A stretch of DNA of 64,000 bases from Monocercomonoides exilis PA203. Taxonomy: Eukaryota > Protista > Preaxostyla. The notes under the pieces were generated by a model. The model searched no databases. It saw only the letters and a program-made list of their open reading frames with translations, and was not told the DNA's origin. The stretch covers positions 1,054,001-1,118,000 of the forward strand of contig LSRY02000014.1 of assembly GCA_001643675.2 (NCBI GenBank), given 5' to 3'. The position numbers and the translations under genes were made by a program. Shown piece after piece: positions 47,101 to 59,271 of this stretch. How positions within the stretch are numbered: position 1 is the stretch's first letter; the number at the start of each line of letters is the position of its first letter.

Positions 47101-48870
47101 GCGCCCAGGCAAAGCGATGCAGTTGCTGGTGTTATGTCTAAGTCAGAAATAGATCCGACAGATGACATCAATGCAGAAGCGGAGAAACTGAAAGGAGACG
47201 GAGAAACACCTGACATAAACAGCGTTTGATCGTCGCCATTCGTCACAGGCGAATTAAGCTGGCACAGTTCCTGTAGAGCTTCCAAGTCCACTTCTTCTTT
47301 GGCCTCCTGTAATTGCTTATCTTTCTGTGCAAAGAGGGACAAAGGAGGCGGTGGAGGCGGTGGAGGAAGGGTTATCCCACTTGGCAGTGTAACAGAAGAT
47401 GCAGGAAAAGAAGGCTGCAGTTGCTCTTCCGAGTCTTCAGATGAATCAGAGGAAACAGACGAATCGGAAGCAAACAACCGCTCACTGGAATCTTGAAAGG
47501 GGAAGTACACAACAGGTTCTTTGAACTGCGGTGTTGAGAACTGGAAGAGGTGGCGATAGAACCGATGAAGCATCTCACATCTTTCGGGCACAGTAAACCC
47601 GCCGCAAAGCTGTGTGCTCCACGACCACCAATGGCGCTGCTCCACAGGAACATGCCCCGCCTGCCACCACCACAGAAGCTTCAGACCGTCGTCCTCGCTG
47701 CTCACATTGCTCCTCAAAAGCTCCTCTTCTTCGTCAATGTCCTCGCTCTTCTCTTCTCTCAGCCCGCTATTGCTCGCTCTCCTCATCCCCTTTGCTTCCT
47801 TTTCAGAACTGTTCATCGTGCTATCTCTGCCATTTTTATCCCAATTTGTGGAACAGGTCATCAGAACCCTGCAATCAGGGTTCATTTTCGGCACACTCAC
47901 TCTTCCCATCTCAGTTATATTCTCATGTATCTCGCGAATGTCATTCAAAAGAGGCGACTCCGCTGTGCCAGCATGCATTTTCCACCTGCGGAAGAGCGGC
48001 TCCAGTGTTATCAGCCCAGCTTTGTCCTGCTCCATCCTCCACATCAGCATCCACTGCAGCTTCTCTGCGTCTGTTTCTTGCTGCATGGCTTTTGTGGGAT
48101 AATAAATGCCTTCCAGCTGTTTTCTTCTTCTTTCCTCTTCCTTCTGAATTGTTGCATTTACCCGGACTTTGTGACGTTGCATAGCGTATTTCAGCAGAGT
48201 CATCATAGACTTCAGCTCAGATGCCTGAGACTTAATGAGATCGCTAACATCCATGTTGTAATATCGCTGGATAAAATAGTTCTCCAGATGCGTATAAAAT
48301 CCCATCTCACACAGAAGATTCTCTGCATAAAACGAGATTTCCATCAACGCACAAAGAGATTCCCAAGCACAAGTGCATATCGTACTGTCCAAAGACTGAA
48401 TGTTTCGAAAAAATTTTCAATATCAAAACAAATTTTCACAAGAAGAATTTTTGAAAAAATTAAACGTAAAAAAGAAACATTAACACACTGTAGTATTCTT
48501 CAGAAGAACAGACAAAAGCAAGCTCGCTCTTGATCGATCAAAATCAGGATCACTCGTAACTACATTACATAAACAAAAGCACAAAGAAGAAGCTTCAGCC
48601 TAATAAAGTCAAAAATCAGAAAAAATAGAAAAAAGAATGAATAATAACAATGAATAGAAACATACATGAGCAGATGTGATATTGTCCTCTTGAAAAAGCG
48701 CAATGAGAAGATCAATTACTCCTTCATTTAACATCTGCAAAGCAGAGCGTGAGTCTGAGAAAAAACAACAATATCAAACAGCTAACAGTCAAATAAATTG
48801 CCTTTAACCTTTTTCTGCCAATGAAATAAGATCTTTGATTATGCTTGTTCTTTGTAAAGGATTTCCATGA
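44156..48870 (-). CDS. Large hypothetical ARM-like protein with Ser-rich insertions, multi-exon (ends approximate)
   Basis: 1259-aa central exon (44613-48392) with LPLLLRLLSHPDEAVVNDAASSLYSI, and small flanking exons separated by AT-rich introns. Confidence 0.65.
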
Positions 48871-49212
48871 TGAATCATTCGAAACAAAAAATGGAAGATT
48901 CCATTCTACAACACATTTCCATTTTGAACGGCAACACAAAATATCGATTTTCAGTTGCAACAATTAAAATGATATTAATATTGAAAAACAGATGAAAATA
49001 AAACATTTAAAATATTATATTTTTATTTTTTTCGTAAGTATAGATTATAAAAAGATAAAATGTTGCTATACCGGAAATGCAATAACATCTTTTGAATTGT
49101 TATCAGAAAATTGAAGCATTTTATCCTTAGCTTTTTGCACAAGAGACGATTGCATTTTGATCAAAAAAGTAATTCAAAACTTTGATTTTTGGAATCATCT
49201 TCTTGTTGTTGT

Positions 49213-50301
49213 ATGAATGCTGTGCGAATTGGATGGCTCATTATATTGATATTAAATTTTATCACAATTTTTGGATTTATAATTTGCGTTGATATGCTTC
49301 CTTCAACAGCAGGAATAATTCATTGCGTTATTTATGTAATTTTTTACGCTTTATTAATTGTCTCATACATTAAAACTGCTTTTTCTAACCCTGGATATAT
49401 TCCTAAAAACTGGAAACCATCACAACAACTTTCACTAACAACAACTTTGAGGCATTGCGGGCCATGCAAATGCACAAAAGTTCCACGAGCTCATCATTGC
49501 AGTAGATGTAATCGATGCATCATGAGGATGGATCATCATTGCCCTTGGGTTGGGAATTGTATTGGAGCGAGGAATCACAAAAGTTTTTTCCTGACACTTG
49601 TCTATGCTCCTTTAATTGGTGCATATTCATTTTTTCTTGGTATTTATTGGTTTGTCATTTACTTCGTAATGGCCGACATAACTGAATTATCGGCAGGGGT
49701 TCTCGTTTTTCTCTTTATCCGAATGATGTTCGTAATTTTTCTTTGGATATATTCTTCAGTAGCATTTGTGATGGCGATTATTGTTCTTCCTTCCCAATTC
49801 GAAGTTCTCGCAACAAACATAACAACAGTCGAATCAAGAAATCTACCATTGTATGAGAAAAAGGATCCATTAAACCAAGGTAAACATGTTCACATGTATG
49901 ATGAAGGATCTACATTTCGAAATCTCAAATCTTTTCTTGGAAAGAATATTCTTTTGTGGCCAATTCCTTTCTTTGAATCACAAAAGATTCACCCAGAAGA
50001 TTGGATTGACGATTCTTTTAAGCTTGATGAGGAGAGCTTGAAGCAAAGCTTTGACCATTCATCTGAAGATGTATCTGAAACCAAAGAAATGGTTGAAAAT
50101 CATTCGACCGTTCGAGCAAAAGGCTTGAAAAAAAAGAAAAAAGAACGACCACCAACCCAGGAAGAGATGCAAAAGATGTTGGCAGAGGCTGTATTCGAAG
50201 AAGAATGCTTAAGTGATGGAGAAGAAGAAGAGAGGATAAAGAGAGAGAAATATCAAAAAGAAATGGGAATTTCATTTGGAGAAGAAGAAATCGTTGATTA
50301 A
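49213..50301 (+). CDS. DHHC-type protein S-palmitoyltransferase
   Basis: PG, CxxCxxxKxPRAHHCSRCNRCIMRMDHHCPWVGNCIG.RNHK.F, TTVE motif, four TM segments. First in-frame ATG is at 49213 (the ORF caller used TTG 49189). Confidence 0.93.
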   Translation: MNAVRIGWLIILILNFITIFGFIICVDMLPSTAGIIHCVIYVIFYALLIVSYIKTAFSNPGYIPKNWKPSQQLSLTTTLRHCGPCKCTKVPRAHHCSRCNRCIMRMDHHCPWVGNCIGARNHKSFFLTLVYAPLIGAYSFFLGIYWFVIYFVMADITELSAGVLVFLFIRMMFVIFLWIYSSVAFVMAIIVLPSQFEVLATNITTVESRNLPLYEKKDPLNQGKHVHMYDEGSTFRNLKSFLGKNILLWPIPFFESQKIHPEDWIDDSFKLDEESLKQSFDHSSEDVSETKEMVENHSTVRAKGLKKKKKERPPTQEEMQKMLAEAVFEEECLSDGEEEERIKREKYQKEMGISFGEEEIVD

Positions 50302-50420
50302 TTGTGTCTTTAAAGTCATGGTTATTTTTTTAAGTTTATTAGTTTATTTTTTGTTTTCAAAAATTGTAAAGTTAATAATGGCTAAGTGATCAACCACTTT
50401 TTTTTCATATTTTATTTTCT

Positions 50421-53400
50421 ATGAAAGCAGCTTTATCTGCTTATTCATACCACATTTTAAATGAAAAAAAGGAAAGTAAATTGAATGAAGCTTTTGAAAA
50501 GCTTGCAATATCTGTTTACGAAGCAGCAAATTCGATTTTGTCAAAAAATGGTTTGCTTTTTTTTTCTTGGTGACATTAACGCAATGTTCGTTCTCTTGCT
50601 ACTAAAAATATGCGCAATGTATATTAAAGGCGATATTACATCATTTTTTGAATTTTTCCTCACGTCTATGCAACAACAACGATTTTCACATCAAGTCCTT
50701 TGCTGCAGAGTAATATCAAGGTATTGAACAAATATTATAGATTTCCTGCCTTTCATCATAGTCTCATTTATTGTTTAATAAGATTGATGATGATACAGTC
50801 TATTACGGAGAATGACTCTCTTTCTCGTCGAATTCTTCACATTCTTCTAAGACTTTCTTCTTCTTCCATTTTAGTAACCCCAGAGTATTTTATATTGATA
50901 GAAAGATGCATAGAGATATTGGGATCAAAAAAAACCAAAGAACTGATAATATCACAATCGAAAGATGCTTTTGTTAATCCATTTTTGACATCAGAGGAGA
51001 TTGAGAGAATTATTGTTCAGGTGATGCAATGGACACAAGGAAAGCGATGGAATTTAGTAACAACAATTGTGGGTAGACCACTGACTCCTGAAAGCATGGT
51101 ATGCACACCTTTTCCCTCCACAAAAATATTTAATTTTTAAATATAGGCTACTCTTCTAATGCGTCCAGTTGAAACACTGTATACTCTTTCAATTGTTGCA
51201 CTTAGCTGTGAAGATCCAGATGCATTATCTGATTTAACAAATCAAGCAGTTTGAATTTTAGTCATATATTCATATAACATTAATATTTCTTTTTTTCAAT
51301 CAGCCCGTTGTAATCGAAATTTTAAAAGCTCATAGACAAGCAACTTCATCATCTTCTGCATCTTTACGAGATTTGAAGCAACTGTGTGACATTACAACCG
51401 ATATCTATGAGCACATTCAAGAGAGAGATTATTCATTTACACCTCCTCAATTGTCATATTCCACCCCACACTCACCGCTCGTCTTGCACGTCGAGTACAC
51501 TCAACCTATTCCATCTCCTTCTGCTTCCACGTCATCCTCACAACCTTCGTCTTTTCCTGTCGATCCTGTTTCTTCGTTCTCTGCCTCGTCAGTTTCGCTG
51601 CCTCCATCTCTTTTGTCTGCCACCCAGCGCCTTTCTCGTCCTCGTTCTCCGCTTCCCCTTCGCGTCACAATACGCAAATCTGAGACTTTGGAAGAGTCTC
51701 TTCGCATCTTCTCCACGTCAACAACTCCTCGTCTTTTGGAGCGCAGCGTTGGGGAGGTTCGGAACTTGCTTGTCTCAACAGCATTGTCTCAGACTAATGC
51801 TTCATCAGAAGGTTCTGATCAAGAAAGCGAGGAGAACATAATGAGAGATTCAAGGCGTGCTTCCTCGGCTCTTCCAGCAGAAAGGGCAATTATGGGCTCT
51901 GGTCCGCCGAGAGAGTTCAAGCAAGGCTCGAGTGCTCATTCCACGCCAAAGAAACAAAGAAATGGAATTGTTCGTTCACAAAAATTTGAAATTGGAAGTG
52001 AAATGGAGAATGAAGAAGATGAAGGCTTCAAGGATGATGATCACGCTTATCTGCATTACCCACAGCATGCAACAGCAGTTAAGAGACTTCCAATAAATCG
52101 AGTTTTATCGTCATCGTCCAGTTCAGAAGTCCTGTCTCGCCAATCAGCACGTTCTTCCGCTTCTTTCAGAGCAACGCCTTCTGCGAGAAGGTTTGGCCCA
52201 TCGTCGCAGCGCTCCACGTTTGGGTTGCGCAAAAGTGGACCATCAGCACAGAACACACAGCGAGACGAAGCTGCGCGAGCGAAAGAGCTGGGCGAGATGA
52301 AACGGAAGAAGAGGACGGAGATTCTACAGCAGCGGATGAGCACCGGCGGCACAGAAGCGTCATATCAGGTGGAGGTGTTTGTGCCAGGCAAGAAGAACCC
52401 TCTCACGTACGAACACAGAGAGACACAGGAAGCAACAGAGGAAGAGCTTCGCGAGGAAGAAAGAGAGAAGATGAGACAAAGAGCAGCGAAGCGTGCAAAG
52501 GAGTATAAATACAACAAGTCAGACAGCGACCGTTCGTCAGATGATTCTTCACAAGATGATGATTCTGATGAAAGGAGTGGTGATTCGTCTTCAAATCAGG
52601 ACTCGCACAGTTCTAGTGATGAGTCAGCAAGCTCTTCAGACGATTCTTTGGAAAGCGATAAAAATTCAACTGAAGAAGATGATTCGTCAGACGCTGCAGA
52701 AGATGCTCCTACAACACACAGAAGCTCTTCCCCTTCTGCTGACTCGTCTGATTCGTCTTCAAACAATTCGTCATCATCGTCTGAAACAGCAACTTCAAAC
52801 AGACGAAAACAGCATCGGCACAAAGACGCGAGACATCGAAGGAGACGCTACAGAAGAAGAAAGCACAGAAAACACAGTTCTGATTCGTCTTCAGAAAGCA
52901 GCACAGACTCAGAAGAGAAGACAAGTAAAAAGCGTTCTTCTTCTTCTTCTTCCTCTGGATCTTCTTCTGCTTCATCTTCAGCCAAGCCTTCACCCAAATC
53001 TACGCCTTCCTTCAGATCGAAGCAGCTGACAATTGACATTCCATCTGCAACTCCTTCAGCAACACTCCAAACATCCACGACGTCCACCGCACAAACAGCT
53101 GGCTCGTCGCAGCCGCTTCTTTCTGCACATCAGGCGCCCATTTATCTTGTCACACCGTCTGGACAGCAGAACCAGCAGCAGCAGCAACAGCAACAGCAGT
53201 CTTTCCTTCAGATCCCTCTCACTCCCCAGTCGCTGATGGCTCCTGTTCTGTGGCAGGCGCCGCACGCGCCTCAAGTCACACAAATGCCTCAGATGCAGCA
53301 AATGGCACAGATGTCACAGATGTCACAAATGCCGCAAATGTCGCCAATGTCGCAAATGCCTCAGATGCCACAATCTCAGCCACTGCAGCATCAGTCTGAT

Positions 53401-56400
53401 GAATCGCTTTCTTCGATTCTGGGCGACAACCAGCAGATGCGCAATTACTACAGACAGGACTCTGGTTATTCACCGCAGATGAACAGACGGGCGGGCAATT
53501 CGCTCATTCTTCATCCGTCTGTCCCTCCGTCTGCTACTGCTTCTTCATCCTCTTCTCCTCTTCTACGGCGCGGTAGCTATTCTCATTCACAGTCACCAAA
53601 ACGCCAATCGGCTGATGCTCCCACGCCGTCTCTGAATCTTCCTTCGAATTCCTTCGAATTTGCTCCGCTAGTCTCCGAAAGGACACCGCGCAAGTCGAAT
53701 TCCACACTCGACTCGAAGCCGCTCGTCAACCAGTCGTTCACTTTGAACGAGATCATCGCCTCAAAACGGTCTCCCATCAAGCCGAAGGACCATACCGATG
53801 CCTTTCCTTGGGCTGTTTCCTCAGCCAGCTCGTCGCAGCCTGCCTCGCCAAAGACAACAGAAAGCACGCCAATTGCTGATCGCTTCCGGTTTGAAGACAA
53901 GCGCTTCAGAGGCAGAGAAGGAGACGAGTTCGGGCAGACACCCAGGCGCCCTTCGGACGATCCACCGCTTGAGCTTCCCAACTGGATTCGGCAGAACACA
54001 GACAGCGCTGGCTTCTCTGCACCAGCGGCGCTCGACGGAAACCCGTTTCGCCGCGAGATGCTGTCGCCGATTTCTGAGCGGCCTGCTCAGATCACTCCGA
54101 TGATTTTCACGCCGCTGTCTCCGCAGATCGGAGCAGTTCAAAGGGAATTTTCGATTGTCGAAGAAGAAAAGAGGGAAGAAGAGCAGATCCCGGCTGAAAA
54201 AGAATCGCAAACAGAAAATAATTCTCGTTCTCCTAAAAAAGCATCAAAGCAATCGAAATCTCCGAAGCGCAAAAGCAGGAACAAGGAAAAGAAGGAGCAC
54301 AAAAGCAAGCATCACCACCATCGACATCGCGGGCGCACACGAAATGTGTCTCATTCAAAAGGAAAGCGCAAACAATCTAATTCTGTTAGACGCAAAGAAA
54401 AAGTGGAAGATGAAGAAATAGACGAAGAATTCGACGAAGCACAGCCCACAACCAATGCTGCATCGAGCGCATTTGTCCCCATCGACACGATGAAAGAGCT
54501 CCGCGAGTCTGTTTCTCTTCTGCACAACTCTTTGTCTCCTTCTCCTGAACGATCATCTCCTTTCCGGTCGCGCTCCCTCTCTCTTTCACGCTCTCGCTCG
54601 CCTTCAGCCCATCCAGCACATTCGTCACATTCACCTTCATTTCGCTCTCCTTTGAATTCTTCAGGGTTAGCTTCTGCTTCTTCTTCTGCTTCTTCATCGC
54701 GTTCTGGATCCCCTTTGTCACAATCATCGCGTTCTGTTGGTGTTCTTGATGGAACAGTCGACAGGCAGACAGGGCAGATCCGATCGTCTCCATCTTTGTC
54801 TCATTCTGTGTCTCCATCCCCACTTCATCGCACACACTCGCCACTTCGTCATTCTTCTTCTGCCTCCTCCCTCATTTCTCACCACTCTGCAAGCCGCTCT
54901 CCTTCAAAGCTACGCCAAAAAAGCAGAAGTCCCGCCAAATCGCACCATCACAAGTCAAAACAAAGCCACAGCCGCAGCCGCAACCAAAGCTCAAGTCACA
55001 GTCCGAATCATAAACACACTCACACACCCAGTCGCAGTCGCAGTCGCAGTCATGCCAAGCGCCAATCAAAATCTCCTTCCAGTTCGCCGAAAAGGAGCCA
55101 TAGCCGAAGCGTTTCACGTGCAGAACCGCAAAGGCGCGGAAGAAAGCTCGATCGCTCCTTTGAAGAAATTGACTCCATTAAATCAAGTGATGAGTCGCAA
55201 GAAGACGAATATCGGGAACGACTTTCACAGAAAACGTCTTCTTTTGCTGGGAATTCCACAAGCCCGAACAAATTCGACAGAAGATCTCCAACACATTCAC
55301 CGAATTCTCGCCTCTATTCTCGGTCTCAGTCTCCATCTACACAACCGCAGCAGACAATTGTGGTTGGCGTGGACACTCTTCCTCTTCCTCGCTCACCGCC
55401 GCGCTCAGCAAGCCCGCCCAGGTCGCGGCAGCCGTCTCCGATCGAAGCAAAAGTGCAGAGGAAGAAGGATGTGCAGACAGCGCTGGAGGAGAAAGAGAGA
55501 GAAATCCTGTCGATGCTGCGCGAGCTGAAGCAGAACACAGAGCAAAGAAAAGCAGCACGTTCGTCTGACGATTCGCCAGAAGGTTACCCAGGTGATGAGT
55601 CAGAGCAGAACGCGTCCTTCAGCAAACAGCAGTATTCACGAATCCGTTCTTCGCCTTCTCCTGATCGGGCGAACAGAACTACAGGAAGCCCAGTGATGTC
55701 ACAGCAGTCATATCATCCTTCTTCCTTTTCATTTCCAATTAACACATCTTCCTCCTCTCCAGCTTCTTATCCATATTCACAGCTCGGCTCGTCTCCTTCG
55801 ATGACACCTGCAGGATTCTCTCCTCATTCCCAACCTCCTCAGGCTTCTTCATTCACACGTTCACCTTCTGGCCCATCTCCTCCAAGAACTTTGCCTACAT
55901 TTACGAACTCCTCAATGAGCTCAGCTTCTTCTTCTCCTCTTTCTTCGTTTTCTTCGAGCGTTTCTCGCATTCCAGCACGCTCGTCTCCAATGAGATCTCC
56001 TGTTAATCAATCAGCTCAGAACTTCTCCAATCCTCATCAAAGCTATTACGATGCACAAAGGATGCCTCTTTCTTCTCCTCTCCAAACTGATCCATACAGC
56101 ACTCCATCGCAATACAATGCCACTTCACAAGCATACAATCGTTTTCAATCTTCTTCTTCTTCTTCTTCTTCTTCATTTCCTTCCTCTTTCTCTTCCAATG
56201 GCCAGAACGTCCACGTCATCCTTGCGCCGGACCCTACTCCTCCCTCGCCAATCTCTTCTGCCTCTCTCTCTTCTTATGGTGTCCCCTTGTCTGCCCCTGC
56301 GCTCCGTGGCGTGTCGCCCACTCGTCCACTCCGCTCTTTAAGGAGGAATGCTCCATCTCCGCCGAACATCAACCGCGCGGTGCCTTCTGTCGCTGCTCCG

Positions 56401-56796
56401 TTCAGCTCGCTCGAGTCTTCGCTCCTGCAGCTGAAGAAGAAAGCAGGCCAGTCTTGGACAGCTGACAGACACCACAACACAGGCATCAGCACTTCTTCAG
56501 GGGGGAGCCCTTCTTCTGAGGTTAGCCCTTACTCCATCCCGGACTATCTCCAAGGTATTCCACCACCGCCCATCCCACCTCCAAACTTCCGTGCTTCGCC
56601 AGTGAATCGCACTCGCCAGGTGTCATCTCCTCCACGCCAGCCTTCGACTTCTGCTTCTGCTTTCCCTTTTCCTTCACCTTCGCAGCCAGCCACGAATCCG
56701 CTCTCGCCTCGAACTACGCCCACGATGAATGACCGCTTTGTATCTCCACCTGGAATAACCCCATCGCCGTTTCTGTCTCATCATTCATTTCATTAA
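50421..56796 (+). CDS. Very large Ser/Pro/Arg-rich, largely disordered protein with a helical N-terminal region, multi-exon
   Basis: 1807-aa terminal exon with RS/SP tracts and MxQ repeats. Upstream exons at ~50421-51250 are separated by GT-AG introns. The start is tentative. Confidence 0.7.
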
Positions 56797-57003
56797 AAAC
56801 TTTAATTTTTTGCTTTTGTTCGTTTCTTTTTATTAATGTTTCAGTTTTCACTGATGTTTGATGTTTGATGAAAAACAAAACAAACAAATAAATATGAAAC
56901 AATAAGAATATCTAATAAAGAATAGTGTTACAACTTCATTTAAATACTTCGCAATGGATTCTGGCTTGAGTAAAAGAAAACAAACGAACCTATTTCTGCA
57001 TTT

Positions 57004-57438
57004 TCAACTGTCAGCTCTTATCACATCTTCAATGTCCATTAAGTTGTCGTCTGATTTCATCTTTCTTTTTGACGTGCTGCTTTTCTTCTTTCTTTTCTTT
57101 TCTGCTCCCAAACTAACATCATCATCGTCATCGTCTTCCTGTTCACTTTCATCATCATCATCATCATCAGAGTCATAAGTCTCACTTCCTTCGCTTGCTT
57201 CACTCTCTTCCGATTCAGTTTCCGAATATTTGCTCTTTCTCTTCTTTTTATTCGATTTTTTTGAAGTTTTGATACCACGGAAAGCAGGGCATAGCTTGTG
57301 AATGGTGCACATTTCACATTTCGGCTTTGCAGCACAAATTTGCTGGCCGAATCCAACAAACAGCACGTTCACTTCCTGCCAATATTCTCGCGGAAGCCAA
57401 GATTCAAGTTGCTAATCCGATAGATAATATCAAAATAT

Positions 57439-57485
<47 letters not shown>

Positions 57486-58357
57486 TATTTCAAAAATTAT
57501 TCTATTTCAAACTCTTCTTGTTCCCTCTGGATTTGTGCTATTTGCCCAACCCAATCGATTAGAAATACGATGTACATGAATATCGACTCCAATTCCTTCA
57601 GTTCTTCATATTGTTAATTGTAATTGTTCAAAAAATTTTAAAACAAAATTACTCTTTATGGCAAACCGACCCAATGCAATTTGAAGATACAAATGGGACA
57701 TTTTTGGTCCAATGCCCGGTAATTGAAGTAATTCTTCTAATGTTGAAGGAACATCATCATGATATTTGTCATGAAGTATTTGGGTGACTTTTTTTATATT
57801 TCTGCAAATAATGAAAAAAAAATTTCAAAAACAAAAGAATGAAAGGAAAAAAAAAAACAAAGAACAAGATCATGTTTCAAACTTAGCTTTTGTTTTATGG
57901 AATCCCACAACGTTGATTTGTTTATCAATTTCTTCTTCACTTCTTTTTAAAATTGATTGAACATTTAATCCATCCTTTTTTAAATTAGATATTGCTTGAT
58001 TGGTTTGCTGATCTTTTGTCATGCTGGAAAGCAAAAGTCCTATTAAAGTCTGAAAGCGTCTGTCTTCAGGCGGATCAGATGCTGTGGCAGAAGCTTCAGC
58101 TCCGACTTCATCTACTGGAGCATTTCTTTCTTTCCTCATTTCAACAATCGCATCATACACGTTTCTACAAATTATCATTCAAATAAATTTGCACAAATAT
58201 ATTTGTTTACTAACTTCCAATTTTTTGGTGCTTTGAAAATAGGCTCTGATATATTTCTCTATATTTATTTGAAAGAAAATTAGTAACACAAGCCTTGGGT
58301 CAAAGATTTTTCTTCAGTACTTTTCTTGCTCCTTTTATTTATTTGTATTTTTGGCAT
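57004..58357 (-). CDS. NTH1: Endonuclease III homolog (HhH-GPD DNA glycosylase/AP lyase), multi-exon
   Basis: [86 protein letters not shown]. First exon and start are tentative. Confidence 0.9.
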
Positions 58358-58472
58358 TTTTATTTCCAAAAATTAAAGTTTATATCCCAACAAAACAACG
58401 TTTTTTGCTTTTTTGGCGATTTTAAATTAAGTTATGGAATCTTCATTCAAACAAACAAATTTAATAAAAAAA

Positions 58473-58538
58473 AATACAATACAATACAATACAATACAAT
58501 ACAATACAATACAATACAATACAATACAATACAATACA
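58473..58538. repeat. (AATAC)n pentanucleotide microsatellite, ~13 units
   Basis: Directly visible. Confidence 0.92.
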
Positions 58539-59271
58539 GTAAAAACAATACAGTAAAAACAATCATATTTCTTTGAACATGCAATTTCCGATCATCATCA
58601 ACAAAATAATTTTTCATATCCTTATTCAAATTATTGAATCTTGGTTTTTGTTCGGTATTTGATTGTATATGGATTTCTTTTCTTCAATAACATGACTATA
58701 AGCAGCCCTAGAGCATTTATCATTCATCAATTTCTATTATTGCAAATATATAGATTAGAGCAAATTACAGTTTTGTTTTAAAGTTTTGATGTTGAGTGCA
58801 TTTTGCAAAAATTGAATAATTTTTTTAGATGATTTGTAAAAGTGGAATAAGTATAAAATAAGAAGTAATCAACACAAATGTGAAAAAAAAAATTATTAAC
58901 TTGTAATGTTAAGAGCAAGGTAAAAAATAATGGATTAAGAAAATTACAATCATGTTACAAAAATAGAACCGAAAAATTTTCAAGAAAAATGATAAAAAAA
59001 GAACCAAAAGAACTATCATTCACATTTTTCAATAACAATAAGCAATTGTTAACTTCACTCTTAACTTTGAAAGCAAAAAACAGTTAACAGAAAGATACCA
59101 TTCAACTTATGAAAAAATTTTTGTTAAAAAAAAATAAACAAATTCACAAATAGACAAATAGACAAACAATCTTTAAATCAAATTATCAAATAATTTATTA
59201 ATCAAATAATCAAATAATCAAATAAAACATTACGCAAAACCATTTGAAAATATTTCGAATGCGAATAATTA

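Noticed and set aside
44687-56492. Numerous overlapping alternative-frame and antisense ORFs within the two large GC-richer genes
   Set aside because: Expected by-products of GC-richer low-complexity coding sequence with no independent motifs.
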